Source: Microcystis aeruginosa NIES-2549 (lineage in GTDB: Bacteria; Cyanobacteriota; Cyanobacteriia; Cyanobacteriales; Microcystaceae). Taken from it: a stretch of DNA of 32,000 nt. The translations under genes were made by a program, and so were the position numbers. The notes beneath the pieces were generated by a model. That model searched no databases, was not told the DNA's origin, and saw nothing but the letters and a program-made list of their open reading frames with translations. This document shows, in pieces, positions 26,401 to 31,089 of this stretch (its first letter is position 1; the number at the start of each line of letters is the position of its first letter). Location: contig NZ_CP011304.1 in assembly GCF_000981785.2 (NCBI RefSeq), positions 3,750,001 to 3,782,000 on the forward strand. Direction: 5' to 3'.

Positions 26401-27324
26401 ACTGCGGGTGACGGTAAAGGTAAAGGCTTTTGTCCCTGTATCTCCTTCGGTTTGAATGGCAGTCGTCGCCGCAATCGCTAACCAAGGAACATTCTGATAA
26501 AACAGCGTGTTGCCCGCCGAGTTGCCAATAAAGGCATCCAGGTCGCCGTCGCCGTCAATATCCGCTAACGCCGGCTTGGCATACAAACCCACATTCGCCA
26601 GACCGAAGGGATTGGTGGAGGCAGCAGCGAAGGTGGGCGCACTGGCACTCCCCGTATTGCGATAAAACAGGGTATTGCCCGCCAAGTTGCCGACCAAGGC
26701 ATCCAGGTCGCCGTCGCCGTCAATATCCACAAACGTCGGCTTGGCAAAACTACCCACATCCGTCAGACCGAAGGGGTTGGTGGAGGCAGTAGCGAAGGCG
26801 GGGGCACTCGCACTCCCCGTATTGCGATAAAACCGTATATTGCCAGCCGAGTCGCCAACAAAGGCATCCAGGTCGCCGTCGCCGTCAATATCCACAAACG
26901 TCGGCGCGGCACCATTTCCCACATTTACCAGACCGAAGGGGTTGATGGAGGGAGTAGCGAAGGTGGGCGCACTCGCACTCCCCGTATTGCGATAAAACCG
27001 CGTATCGCCATAGTGGCTGCCGACGAAGGCATCCAGGTCGCCGTCGTTGTCAATATCGACAAACGTCGGCATGGCACCATTTACCACATTCGTCAGACCG
27101 TAGGGGTTGGTGGAGGGAGCAGCGAAGGCAGGCGCACTGGCACTTCCCGTATTCCGATAAAACAGGGTATTGCCAGCCCCATTTCCGACGAAGGCATCGA
27201 GGTCGCCGTCGCCGTCAATATCCACTAACGTCGGCATGGCATAATCACCCACATTCGTTAGACCGAAGGGGTTGCTGGAGGCGGGGACGAAGGTGGGATC
27301 TTGAGGGAAGTTTGGTTCAGGCAT
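17353..27324 (-). CDS. giant FG-GAP/VCBS + Calx-beta + cadherin-domain surface protein (truncated by MITE insertion)
   Basis: - There are 15 FG-GAP/VCBS-type blades (P(T/A)(F/L)VDIDGDGDLDAF(V/I)GN...LFYRNTGSASAP.FA) in three blocks of five.
- There are more than 20 Calx-beta-like modules (..EGDTGTKAFTFTVTRSG...VSFAANETS..ITVNVSGD...E..EGFTVTLS.PTNA.I...TATGTI.NDD).
- There is one cadherin-like module (APVITSS...ATDTDG...VRLKASADYE).
- The track start at 27330 is TTG; the ATG at 27324 (MPEPNFPQDPTF) is the likely start.
- The last 12 codons and the stop are read out of the MITE. Confidence 0.9.
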   Translation of the reverse strand: MPEPNFPQDPTFVPASSNPFGLTNVGDYAMPTLVDIDGDGDLDAFVGNGAGNTLFYRNTGSASAPAFAAPSTNPYGLTNVVNGAMPTFVDIDNDGDLDAFVGSHYGDTRFYRNTGSASAPTFATPSINPFGLVNVGNGAAPTFVDIDGDGDLDAFVGDSAGNIRFYRNTGSASAPAFATASTNPFGLTDVGSFAKPTFVDIDGDGDLDALVGNLAGNTLFYRNTGSASAPTFAAASTNPFGLANVGLYAKPALADIDGDGDLDAFIGNSAGNTLFYQNVPWLAIAATTAIQTEGDTGTKAFTFTVTRSGDTSDSSSVNWAVTGTGTNQANAADFGVTLPSGTVNFAANETSQVITVNVSGDTDFEANEGFTVTLSSPTNAYITTATATGTITNDDLPSITLAVAPGSVNEDGTTNLVYTFTRTGPTTNALTVNYSITGTADSSDYSGATPGTGKTITFAANSATVTVTVDPVFDLTFEPDETVVFTLTEGTGYTVGTASTATGTITNDDPGLAIAATNAIQTEGDTGTKAFTFTVTRSGKTSGTSSANWAVTGTGTNPANATDFGGILPSGTVSFAANETSKTITVNVSGDIDIETNEGFTVTLSSPTNATITTATATGTILNDDPKIALSNTLLQVTEDGATATYTVVLNDAPTADVILTLNPGRQLSLSQTSLTFTSANWDTPQTVTVTAVNDTIGEGPHRGVISTTVSSSDSVYNGIPVANVLAQITDNDIAQQDPTFAPASTNPFGLPDAGDYTTPTLVDIDNDGDLDAFVGDFFGNTLFYRNTGSASAPAFAAGSTNPFGLTDVGLYAAPTFVDIDGDGDLDAFIGNEEGNTLFYRNTGSASAPTFAAPSTNPFGLTDVIYDAVPTLVDIDDDGDLDAFIGNYYGNTLFYRNTGSASAPAFATPSTNPFGLTNVVTYAQPTFVDIDGDGDLDAFIGNELGNTLFYRNTGSASAPTFAAPSYNPFGLTDVVYDAAPTLVDIDGDGDLDAFIGNWVGNTLFYENVPWLAIAATNASQTEGDTGTKAFTFTVTRSGDTSDSSSVNWAVTVTGTNQANAADFGETLPSGTVNFAANETSQTITVNVSGDTDFEANEGFTVTLSSPTNAYITTATATGTITNDDLPSITLAVAPGSVTEDGTTNLVYTFTRTGPTTNALTVNYSITGTADSSDYIGATPGAGKTITFAAGSATAPTVTVNPTTDTIVEPDETVVFTLTEGTGYTLGTASTATGTITNDDTSVTVAVAPGSVTEDGTPNLVYTFTRSGVTTNALTVNYTVSGTADSSDYSGATPGTGKTITFAAGSETATVTVDPTTDTTMEPDETVILTLAGGTGYTVGTANTATGTITNDDFPIITLAVAPGSVTENGTTNLVYTFTRTGLTTNALTVNYSITGTADSSDYSGVTPGDGKTITFLAGSTTATVTVDPTADTIVEPDETVIFTLTEGTGYTLGTASTATGTITNDDTALAIAATDASETEGDTGTKAFTFTVTRSGNTSGTSSANWAVTGTGTNPANTTDFGGILPSGTVSFAANETSKVITVNVSGDATIEPDEGFTVTLSSPTNATITTATATGTILNDDPGIILSNTLLQVTESGATATYTVALKGAPTADVILALNPGNQLSLSQTSLTFTSANWNTPQTVTVTAVNDTIGEGPHRGVITTTVSSSDSGYNGRSIPNVVAQITDNDIAQQDPTFAPASTNPFGLTDVLSFSHPALVDIDGDGDLDAFVSNFDGNTLFYRNTGSASAPTFAAPSTNPFGLTTVAVAAAPTFVDIDGDGDLDAFVGNGDGNILFYRNTGSASAPTFAARSTNPFGLTDLGANAKPTFVDIDNDGDLDAFAGNSDGNIVFYRNTGSASAPTFAAPSTNPFGLTNVGLYAKPTLVDIDGDGDLDAFVGNSLGNTLFYRNTGSASAPTFAAPSTNPFGLTKVSTFVKPTLVDIDGDGDLDAFVGEEFGNTLFYQNVPWLAIAATNASQTEGDTGTKAFTFTVTRTGDTSDSSSVNWAVTGTGTNPANATDFGVTLPSGTVNFAANETSQTITVNVSGDTDVELDEGFTVTLSSPTNAYITTATATGTITNDDLPGITLAVAPGSVNEDGTTNLVYTFTRTGLINNPLTVNYSITGTAESSDYSGATPGTGKTITFAANSATATVTVDPTADTIVEPDETVIFTLTEGTGYTLGTASTATGTITNDDTSVTVAVAPGSVTEDGTTNLVYTFTRTGLTTNPLTVNYTVSGTATNGTDYASIPTSVNFLAGSATATVTVDPTTDTTMEPDETVILTLAGGTGYTVGTANTATGTIQNDDDDPALAITPSTLSQTEGNTGTKAFTFTVTRSGDTSGSSSANWTVTGTGTNQANATDFVGGTLPSGTVSFAANETSQIITVNVSGDTTVETNEEFTVTLSNPTNATITTAAATGTIQNDDDDPALAITPSTLSQTEGNTGTKAFTFTVNRSGNTTGTSSANWTVTGTGTNQANATDFVGGILPSGTVSFAANETSQIITVNVSGDTTVEPDEGFTVTLDTPTNATITTAAATGTIQNDDDDPALAITPSTLSQTEGNTGTKAFTFTVNRSGNTTGTSSANWTVTGTGTNQANATDFVGGILPSGTVSFAANETSQIITVNVSGDTTVEPDEGFTVTLDTPTNATITTATATGTIQNDDDDPALAITPSTLSQTEGNTGTKAFTFTVTRSGNTTGTSSANWTVTGTGTNQANATDFVGGTLPSGTVSFAANETSQIITVNVSGDTTVETNEEFTVTLSNPTNATITTATATGTIQNDDDDPALAITPSTLSQTEGNTGTKAFTFTVTRSGDTSGSSSANWTVTGTGTNQANATDFVGGILPSGTVSFAANETSQTITVNVSGDTTVEPDEGFTVTLDTPTNATITTATATGTIQNDDDDPALAITPSTLSQTEGNTGTKAFTFTVTRSGDTSGSSSANWTVTGTGTNQANATDFVGGILPSGTVSFAANETSQTITVNVSGDTTVEPDEGFTVTLDTPTNATITTATATGTIQNDDTNTNQAPVITSSNSATVLENASISTLIYTAAATDTDGPVNQIVWSLGGNDASAFTIGSNNGEVRLKASADYETKSSYSIDVIATDQNGSGVSTNKTVTIGVIDQAVFSINNVTVNENAGTAIFTVTATDPISNGTSTATVNYATANGTAFGSTIANGDYVSTSGSLSFGTGDSSKTISVVINDDTLYEPTPETFSVNLSNPTNGAIANSTSTGTINDNDSLPIISAQPSQVLEGNSGTTTQLIFQVSLSARSGQDVSVDYSVTAGTATAGNDYVSTSGTLRLTAGTLSGLTGGQDLSKHCPQRF
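18274..20415. repeat. six near-identical 357-bp (119-aa) tandem Calx-beta units
   Basis: The boundary motif ATTTTGAAT recurs at 18274, 18631, 18988, 19345, 19702, 20059 and 20416, an exact 357-nt period. The units differ only at a handful of linked positions. Confidence 0.92.
21423..22248. repeat. FG-GAP/VCBS five-blade block 3 (approximate bounds)
   Basis: Five copies of GCATCCAGGTCGCCGTCG(C/T)CGTCAATATCCAC at ~165-nt spacing. Confidence 0.8.
24294..25120. repeat. FG-GAP/VCBS five-blade block 2 (approximate bounds)
   Basis: Same 55-57-aa blade unit as block 3, five copies. The block ends with the NVPWLAIAAT linker as in blocks 1 and 3. Confidence 0.8.
26480..27324. repeat. FG-GAP/VCBS five-blade block 1 (approximate bounds)
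   Basis: Five blade units starting at the very N-terminus of the protein. Confidence 0.8.
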
Positions 27325-27354
27325 AGTCAATTAATTTTGTCGGATGTTTCTGGA

Positions 27355-27384
27355 ATTTTAGTGTATTCTCTCAATTTAAGTCAA
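27355..27384 (-). promoter_or_regulatory. candidate sigma70-type promoter of the giant gene
   Basis: On the minus strand: TTGACT (27384..27379), an 18-nt spacer, then TAAAAT (27360..27355). It lies ~30 nt upstream of the ATG at 27324. Pattern match only. Confidence 0.3.
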
Positions 27385-27461
27385 TAACAAAAGCAAAAGT
27401 ATGGATTTAAGTAGCTGGTTATAATTAAATTTAAAATGGATTTCAGGTTCGATCCCCCCTG

Positions 27462-27677
27462 CCCCCCTTGATAAGCTATCCATTATAGGGATCTTTCTTA
27501 ACAATTTTTTCAGTAAGCACTCCAACTCTTATCCTGACTTGATTTCAGTTTTTTCTTTGTCAGTAAGGGTGTCAACAAGGAATATTACCAATTGTTAACC
27601 GAGTCTTGAAAGCCTTGTGCTACAAAGGTTTGAAATGTTAAGAAAGATGTGACTAAAGGACAGCTTGATAAGGGGGG
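27462..27677. mobile_element. MITE-like element, family D (~216 bp)
   Basis: Imperfect inverted termini of about 45 bp: CCCCCCTTGATAAGCTATCC...GATCTTTCTTAACA versus TGTTAAGAAAGATG...GGACAGCTTGATAAGGGGGG. No ORF. Confidence 0.5.
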
Positions 27678-27708
27678 TGTCTGATAATTTTTAACGCCTA
27701 CCTACTTA

Positions 27709-27813
27709 TACTAAATCCGTTGAGGATAGGCTACATATCAGGAGAGGCAAGAGGCAGAAGGCAAGAGGCAAAAGGGGGAATAAATAATCAGTTTTTAATA
27801 ACCAGATTTAGTA
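27709..27813. mobile_element. MITE family B, copy 1 (105 bp)
   Basis: TIR TACTAAATC...GATTTAGTA with a GGCAAGAGGCAGAAGGCAAGAGGCAAAAG core. It is flanked by the 3-bp duplication TTA (27706..27708 and 27814..27816). A second 105-bp copy lies at 28488..28592. Confidence 0.8.
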
Positions 27814-27896
27814 TTAATACAAGTGTCCCCTTTAAAGGAGCCTAATTTCAATCCATAGTCAAAACTCACTCCCACCGAGTAAAGTCCCAGAATATT

Positions 27897-28100
27897 TAGG
27901 GTTTGCGGCAAAAAGTTTTTCCTGGTGGCAGGGTGTGGGGTGTAGGGTTTTACTGGTTTTGAGGTGGCCAATTACCTAATTTTCAGGGAAAAAGTGCCTA
28001 AATTTTCCCCCCGATCACTCCCAGTCCTGGAAATTTTTGATTTCAAAAAAGCCTAAAGATATTATCCAACAAGGTTTTTAGATTTATTCAGCAAAGCCTA
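27897..28100 (-). mobile_element. MITE family A, copy 2 (~204 bp), inverted relative to copy 1
   Basis: Its reverse complement aligns end to end with 9792..10003. It shares the TIR, the AAATCTAAAAACCTTGTTGGATA segment, the CCCTGAAAATTAGGTAATTG segment and the CACCCCACACCC tract. Confidence 0.75.
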
Positions 28101-28487
28101 TTTAAACCCAAATTTTCGATAAAATAATCAAGAATTACCCCAGCATTGTAAAATCAGGTTTACTGACGGTTTTAAAGCAGGAGAATTTGATTTATGTTGT
28201 AGTCAAAAGACCTTAGTTTATTATTCAGAACAACAGATTAAACGGGTAAGATTTGTTAGACGTGCTGACGGTTATTATTGCCAGTTTTTAATTGACGTAG
28301 AACGGCAAGAATACCATAAACCAACGGGACAAATAACAGGAATTGACTTAGGGTTAAAGGAATTTTATACCGACGCTCAAGGCAATACTGCAGAGAATTC
28401 ACGTTATTTAAGAAAGTCAGAAAAACGACTGAAAAAAGCACAAGGGAGATTATCAAAACAATTTCGCAAAGGAAAGAAACAGTCTAA

Positions 28488-28592
28488 TACTAAATCCGTT
28501 GAGTATATGCTACATATCAGGAGAGGCAAGAGGCAGAAGGCAAGAGGCAAAAGGGGGAATAAATAATCATTTTTAAATAACCGAATTTAGTA
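28488..28592. mobile_element. MITE family B, copy 2 (105 bp), nested in tnpB
   Basis: Same TIRs and core as 27709..27813, flanked by the 3-bp duplication TAA (28485..28487 and 28593..28595). Removing the element plus one TAA (108 bp) rejoins the tnpB frame: ...RKGKKQSNNYHKQPIKVARLH... Confidence 0.88.
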
Positions 28593-29058
28593 TAACAATT
28601 ATCACAAGCAACCGATAAAAGTAGCTAGGCTTCATCTTAAAGTGTCAAGACAACGTAAAGACAAAGCAATTAAAGACGCTTTGGCGTTAGTCCAGTCTAA
28701 TGATCTGGTAGTTTATGAAGCTTTAAAGGTAAGAAACTTAGTCAAAAACCGTAAACTTGCCAAGTCGATTTCTGATGCTTCTTGGTATCAATTCACTGAA
28801 TGGTTTGAATTTTTTCCAAGATTTATCGGATTGTTTGTATTGCTGTTCCTCCCCATTTCACTAGCCAAGATTGTTCAGTTTGTGGGACGAGAGTTCAAAA
28901 AACATTAAGCACTAGAACTCATCAATGTCCTAACTGTAAAACAATCTTAGATAGGGATCATAATGCAGCAATAAATATTCTTAAAAAAGGGTTAAAATAT
29001 TTGGGAAATCATCTCAATGCCTCGACCCTTCGGCGGAGCTTCGGGGGCCATTTCGCGG

Positions 29059-29134
29059 TTCGACTTTGCTCACCGTCGAAGTCGAGGCATTGACCCTTCG
29101 ACTTTGCTCACCGTCGAAGTCGAGGCATTGACAC
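29059..29134. repeat. 38-nt tandem duplication (TTCGACTTTGCTCACCGTCGAAGTCGAGGCATTGAC(C/A)C x2), hairpin-forming
   Basis: Direct reading. Each unit contains TCGACTT/AAGTCGA arms. GTCGAGGCATTGA is the inverted complement of TCAATGCCTCGAC at 29012..29024. Confidence 0.9.
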
Positions 29135-29156
29135 TGAGCGAAGTCGAAGTGTCAAC

Positions 29157-29326
29157 GGTACTGTTGGGTAAACAGAAACCGACCCAAACGCCTTGGGAGA
29201 GTCCGGCCTCTGGATTTTGAATGGAGACATTGAGAATCTAAGCTGTCTCGTTGAACAAGGAATTTCCGATAGTGATAGGTCAAGAATCCCCCGTCAAGCT
29301 ACGCTGTGACGGTAGGAGTATGTCAA
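29157..29326 (+). ncRNA. remnant IS605-family right end / candidate TnpB omega-RNA (reRNA) scaffold
   Basis: It occupies the 3' end of the tnpB reading frame plus the sequence downstream of it. There is a subterminal hairpin CCGTCA-n10-TGACGG (29291..29312). The element appears to end in ...TATGTCAA (TCAA at 29323..29326), like IS608-type right ends. The position matches where omega-RNAs are encoded in TnpB elements. No covariance model was run. Confidence 0.3.
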
Positions 29327-29499
29327 AACGGCAAGAGGCTGACATCAACACCATGGACGACAAAGAGAAGGACAACCTAAAATCTTTTCGCTAATTTTGC
29401 CATAGACTGCACCCTTTGCTTCTAAAATGGGCTATTGCGGCTAGACCCCAATTGGTCAAGCATTTGCCCGTAGACTGAAAAAAGCACGTTATAAAGATT

Positions 29500-31077
29500 A
29501 TGGCCAAAGTTCTGGTATCCGATTCGATCGATCCGGTAGGAGTAGAAATTCTGTCACAGGTTGCCCAAGTGGACGTGAAAACAGGACTATCCGCCGAGGA
29601 AATCATTCAAATTATCCCCGAATACGACGCACTGATGCTCCGTTCCAGTACCCGCGTCACTAAGGAAATCGTCGAAGCGGGCAGCAAACTACAAATTATC
29701 GGCCGCGCAGGGGTAGGAGTCGATAATATCGATGTTCCCGCGGCCACCCGTCAGGGGATTATTGTCGTTAACTCTCCCGAAGGTAACACGATCGCCGCTG
29801 CCGAACACGCCTTGGCCATGATGTTATCCCTCTCCCGTCATATTCCCGATGCCAATCAGTCGGTAAAAGCGAATAAATGGGAAAGAAATCGCTTTATCGG
29901 CACAGAAGTTTATAAAAAGAACCTAGGAGTCGTCGGTTTAGGTAAAATTGGCTCCCACGTCGCCGCCGTTGCCAGATCCCTAGGCATGAAAATTCTCGCC
30001 TACGATCCCTTTATTTCCAAAGAACGGGCCGATCAACTCGGTTGCACCCTAGTGGATCTGGAACTACTCTTTGCCGAGTCCGATTTTATCACCCTCCACG
30101 TCCCGAAAACTCCCGAAACCCAGCATCTCATCGGTCGGGAAACCATCGCTAAGATGAAACCCACGGTCCGCATCATTAACTGTTCCCGCGGCGGCATTAT
30201 CGACGAGTTGGCTTTAATTGAAGCCCTCGAATCCGGTAGAATCGCCGGGGCAGCCTTGGATGTATTTGAACAGGAACCTTTAGGCGAATCTAGATTAAGG
30301 GAATTGTCTAACGTCATCCTCACTCCCCACCTAGGCGCCTCGACTACGGAAGCGCAGGTGAATGTGGCTATTGATGTGGCCGAACAAATTCGCGATGTCC
30401 TCCTCGGTTTGCCGGCGCGTTCGGCCGTTAATATCCCCGGACTAACTCCCGATGTTATGGAAAAACTGCGCCCTTACCTGCAATTAGCGGAAACTATGGG
30501 TAATCTCGTCAGCCAGTTGGCAGGAGGTCGCTGTGACTCGTTAAATGTCCGTTTACAGGGAGAATTGGCCACTAAAGACAGTCAACCTCTGGTGGTAGCG
30601 GCAATTAAGGGTTTACTTTCCCAAGCCCTCCGGGAACGGGTAAACTATGTTAACGCAGCGATCGAAGCTAAGGAACGCGGTATCCGGGTAATCGAAACTC
30701 GGGATGCTTCCACCCGGGACTATTCGGGATCGATTCATTTGGAAGCTAATGGTTCCATGGGGACCCATTCCGTCACTGGAGCTCTGTTAAGTACGGGAGA
30801 AATCCGCATTACTGACCTCGATGAGTTCCCCATTAACGTGCCACCGAGTAATCATATGCTCTTCACCCTTCACCAGGATATGCCAGGTATTATCGGTAAA
30901 ATTGGCGCACTTTTAGGCAGTTTTAATGTCAATATCGCCAGTATGCAGGTAGGACGCAAAATTATTCGCGGTGACGCAGTTATGGCCCTGAGTCTCGATG
31001 ATCCTCTACCGGAAGGTCTTCTCTCGGAAATTACTAAAGTCCCCGGTATCCGCGATGCTTATACGGTAAAACTCTAG
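29500..31077 (+). CDS. serA: D-3-phosphoglycerate dehydrogenase (long form with ASB and ACT domains)
   Basis: 525 aa. It has a Rossmann GVVGLGKIGSHVA motif, the catalytic region RGGIIDE...LDVF..EP...HLGAST, and a C-terminal ACT-like segment (HQDMPGIIGKIGALLGSFNVNIASMQVGR). Confidence 0.93.
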   Translation: MAKVLVSDSIDPVGVEILSQVAQVDVKTGLSAEEIIQIIPEYDALMLRSSTRVTKEIVEAGSKLQIIGRAGVGVDNIDVPAATRQGIIVVNSPEGNTIAAAEHALAMMLSLSRHIPDANQSVKANKWERNRFIGTEVYKKNLGVVGLGKIGSHVAAVARSLGMKILAYDPFISKERADQLGCTLVDLELLFAESDFITLHVPKTPETQHLIGRETIAKMKPTVRIINCSRGGIIDELALIEALESGRIAGAALDVFEQEPLGESRLRELSNVILTPHLGASTTEAQVNVAIDVAEQIRDVLLGLPARSAVNIPGLTPDVMEKLRPYLQLAETMGNLVSQLAGGRCDSLNVRLQGELATKDSQPLVVAAIKGLLSQALRERVNYVNAAIEAKERGIRVIETRDASTRDYSGSIHLEANGSMGTHSVTGALLSTGEIRITDLDEFPINVPPSNHMLFTLHQDMPGIIGKIGALLGSFNVNIASMQVGRKIIRGDAVMALSLDDPLPEGLLSEITKVPGIRDAYTVKL

Positions 31078-31089
31078 ATTAAATCGGTT

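Larger units (their letters stand above)
28128..29309 (+). pseudogene. tnpB: IS200/IS605-family (IS1341-type) tnpB, 5'-truncated, MITE-interrupted and frameshifted
   Basis: Translated fragments: RFTDGFKAGEFDL...IKRVRFVRRADGYYCQFLIDVE...TGIDLGLKEFYT (RuvC-I), LHLKVSRQRKDKAIKDA...VVYEALKVRNLVKNRKLAKSISDASWYQF (RuvC-II). After a frameshift: TSQDCSVCG...HQCPNCK...DRDHNAAINIL (zinc finger and RuvC-III). The N-terminal ~130 aa are missing. Confidence 0.82.

Noticed and set aside
17386-27228. A ladder of 60-152-aa ORFs in the other five frames of the giant gene. They include the recurring 117-aa MPPMKPVK..., 75-aa MAAKLTVPEGK... and 87-aa MVSPSPGNSP... series.
   Set aside because: They repeat with the same 357-nt or super-repeat period as the Calx-beta coding frame and are simply its shadow. 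Their composition is Pro/Arg/Leu-rich nonsense. The single long frame with recognisable domains explains the region.
27441-27466. A GGTTCGATCCC motif resembling a tRNA T-arm/T-loop. It could hint at a tRNA gene or an integration-site remnant.
   Set aside because: I could not fold a cloverleaf. There is no acceptor stem, D-arm or anticodon arm upstream, and the flanking stem is only CAGG/CCTG. It abuts the poly-C end of MITE family D and is probably part of that element's flank.
28256-28456. A 66-aa minus-strand ORF and the 88-aa plus-strand ORF at 28642..28908, considered as independent genes.
   Set aside because: The plus-strand ORF is a fragment of the tnpB pseudogene. Its tail (FFPRFIGLFVLLFLPISLAKIV) is out-of-frame read-through. 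The minus-strand ORF is an antisense shadow.
29017-29220. A 67-aa ORF (MPRPFGGASGAISRFDFAHRRSRG...).
   Set aside because: It is produced by the hairpin/tandem-repeat block in the tnpB 3' region. The repeated peptide (LLTVEVEALT) mirrors the 38-nt duplication, and there is no coding signal.
29391-29606. A 71-aa minus-strand ORF overlapping the serA start.
   Set aside because: It is antisense to the serA 5' end and has no motifs. The serA assignment is unambiguous.
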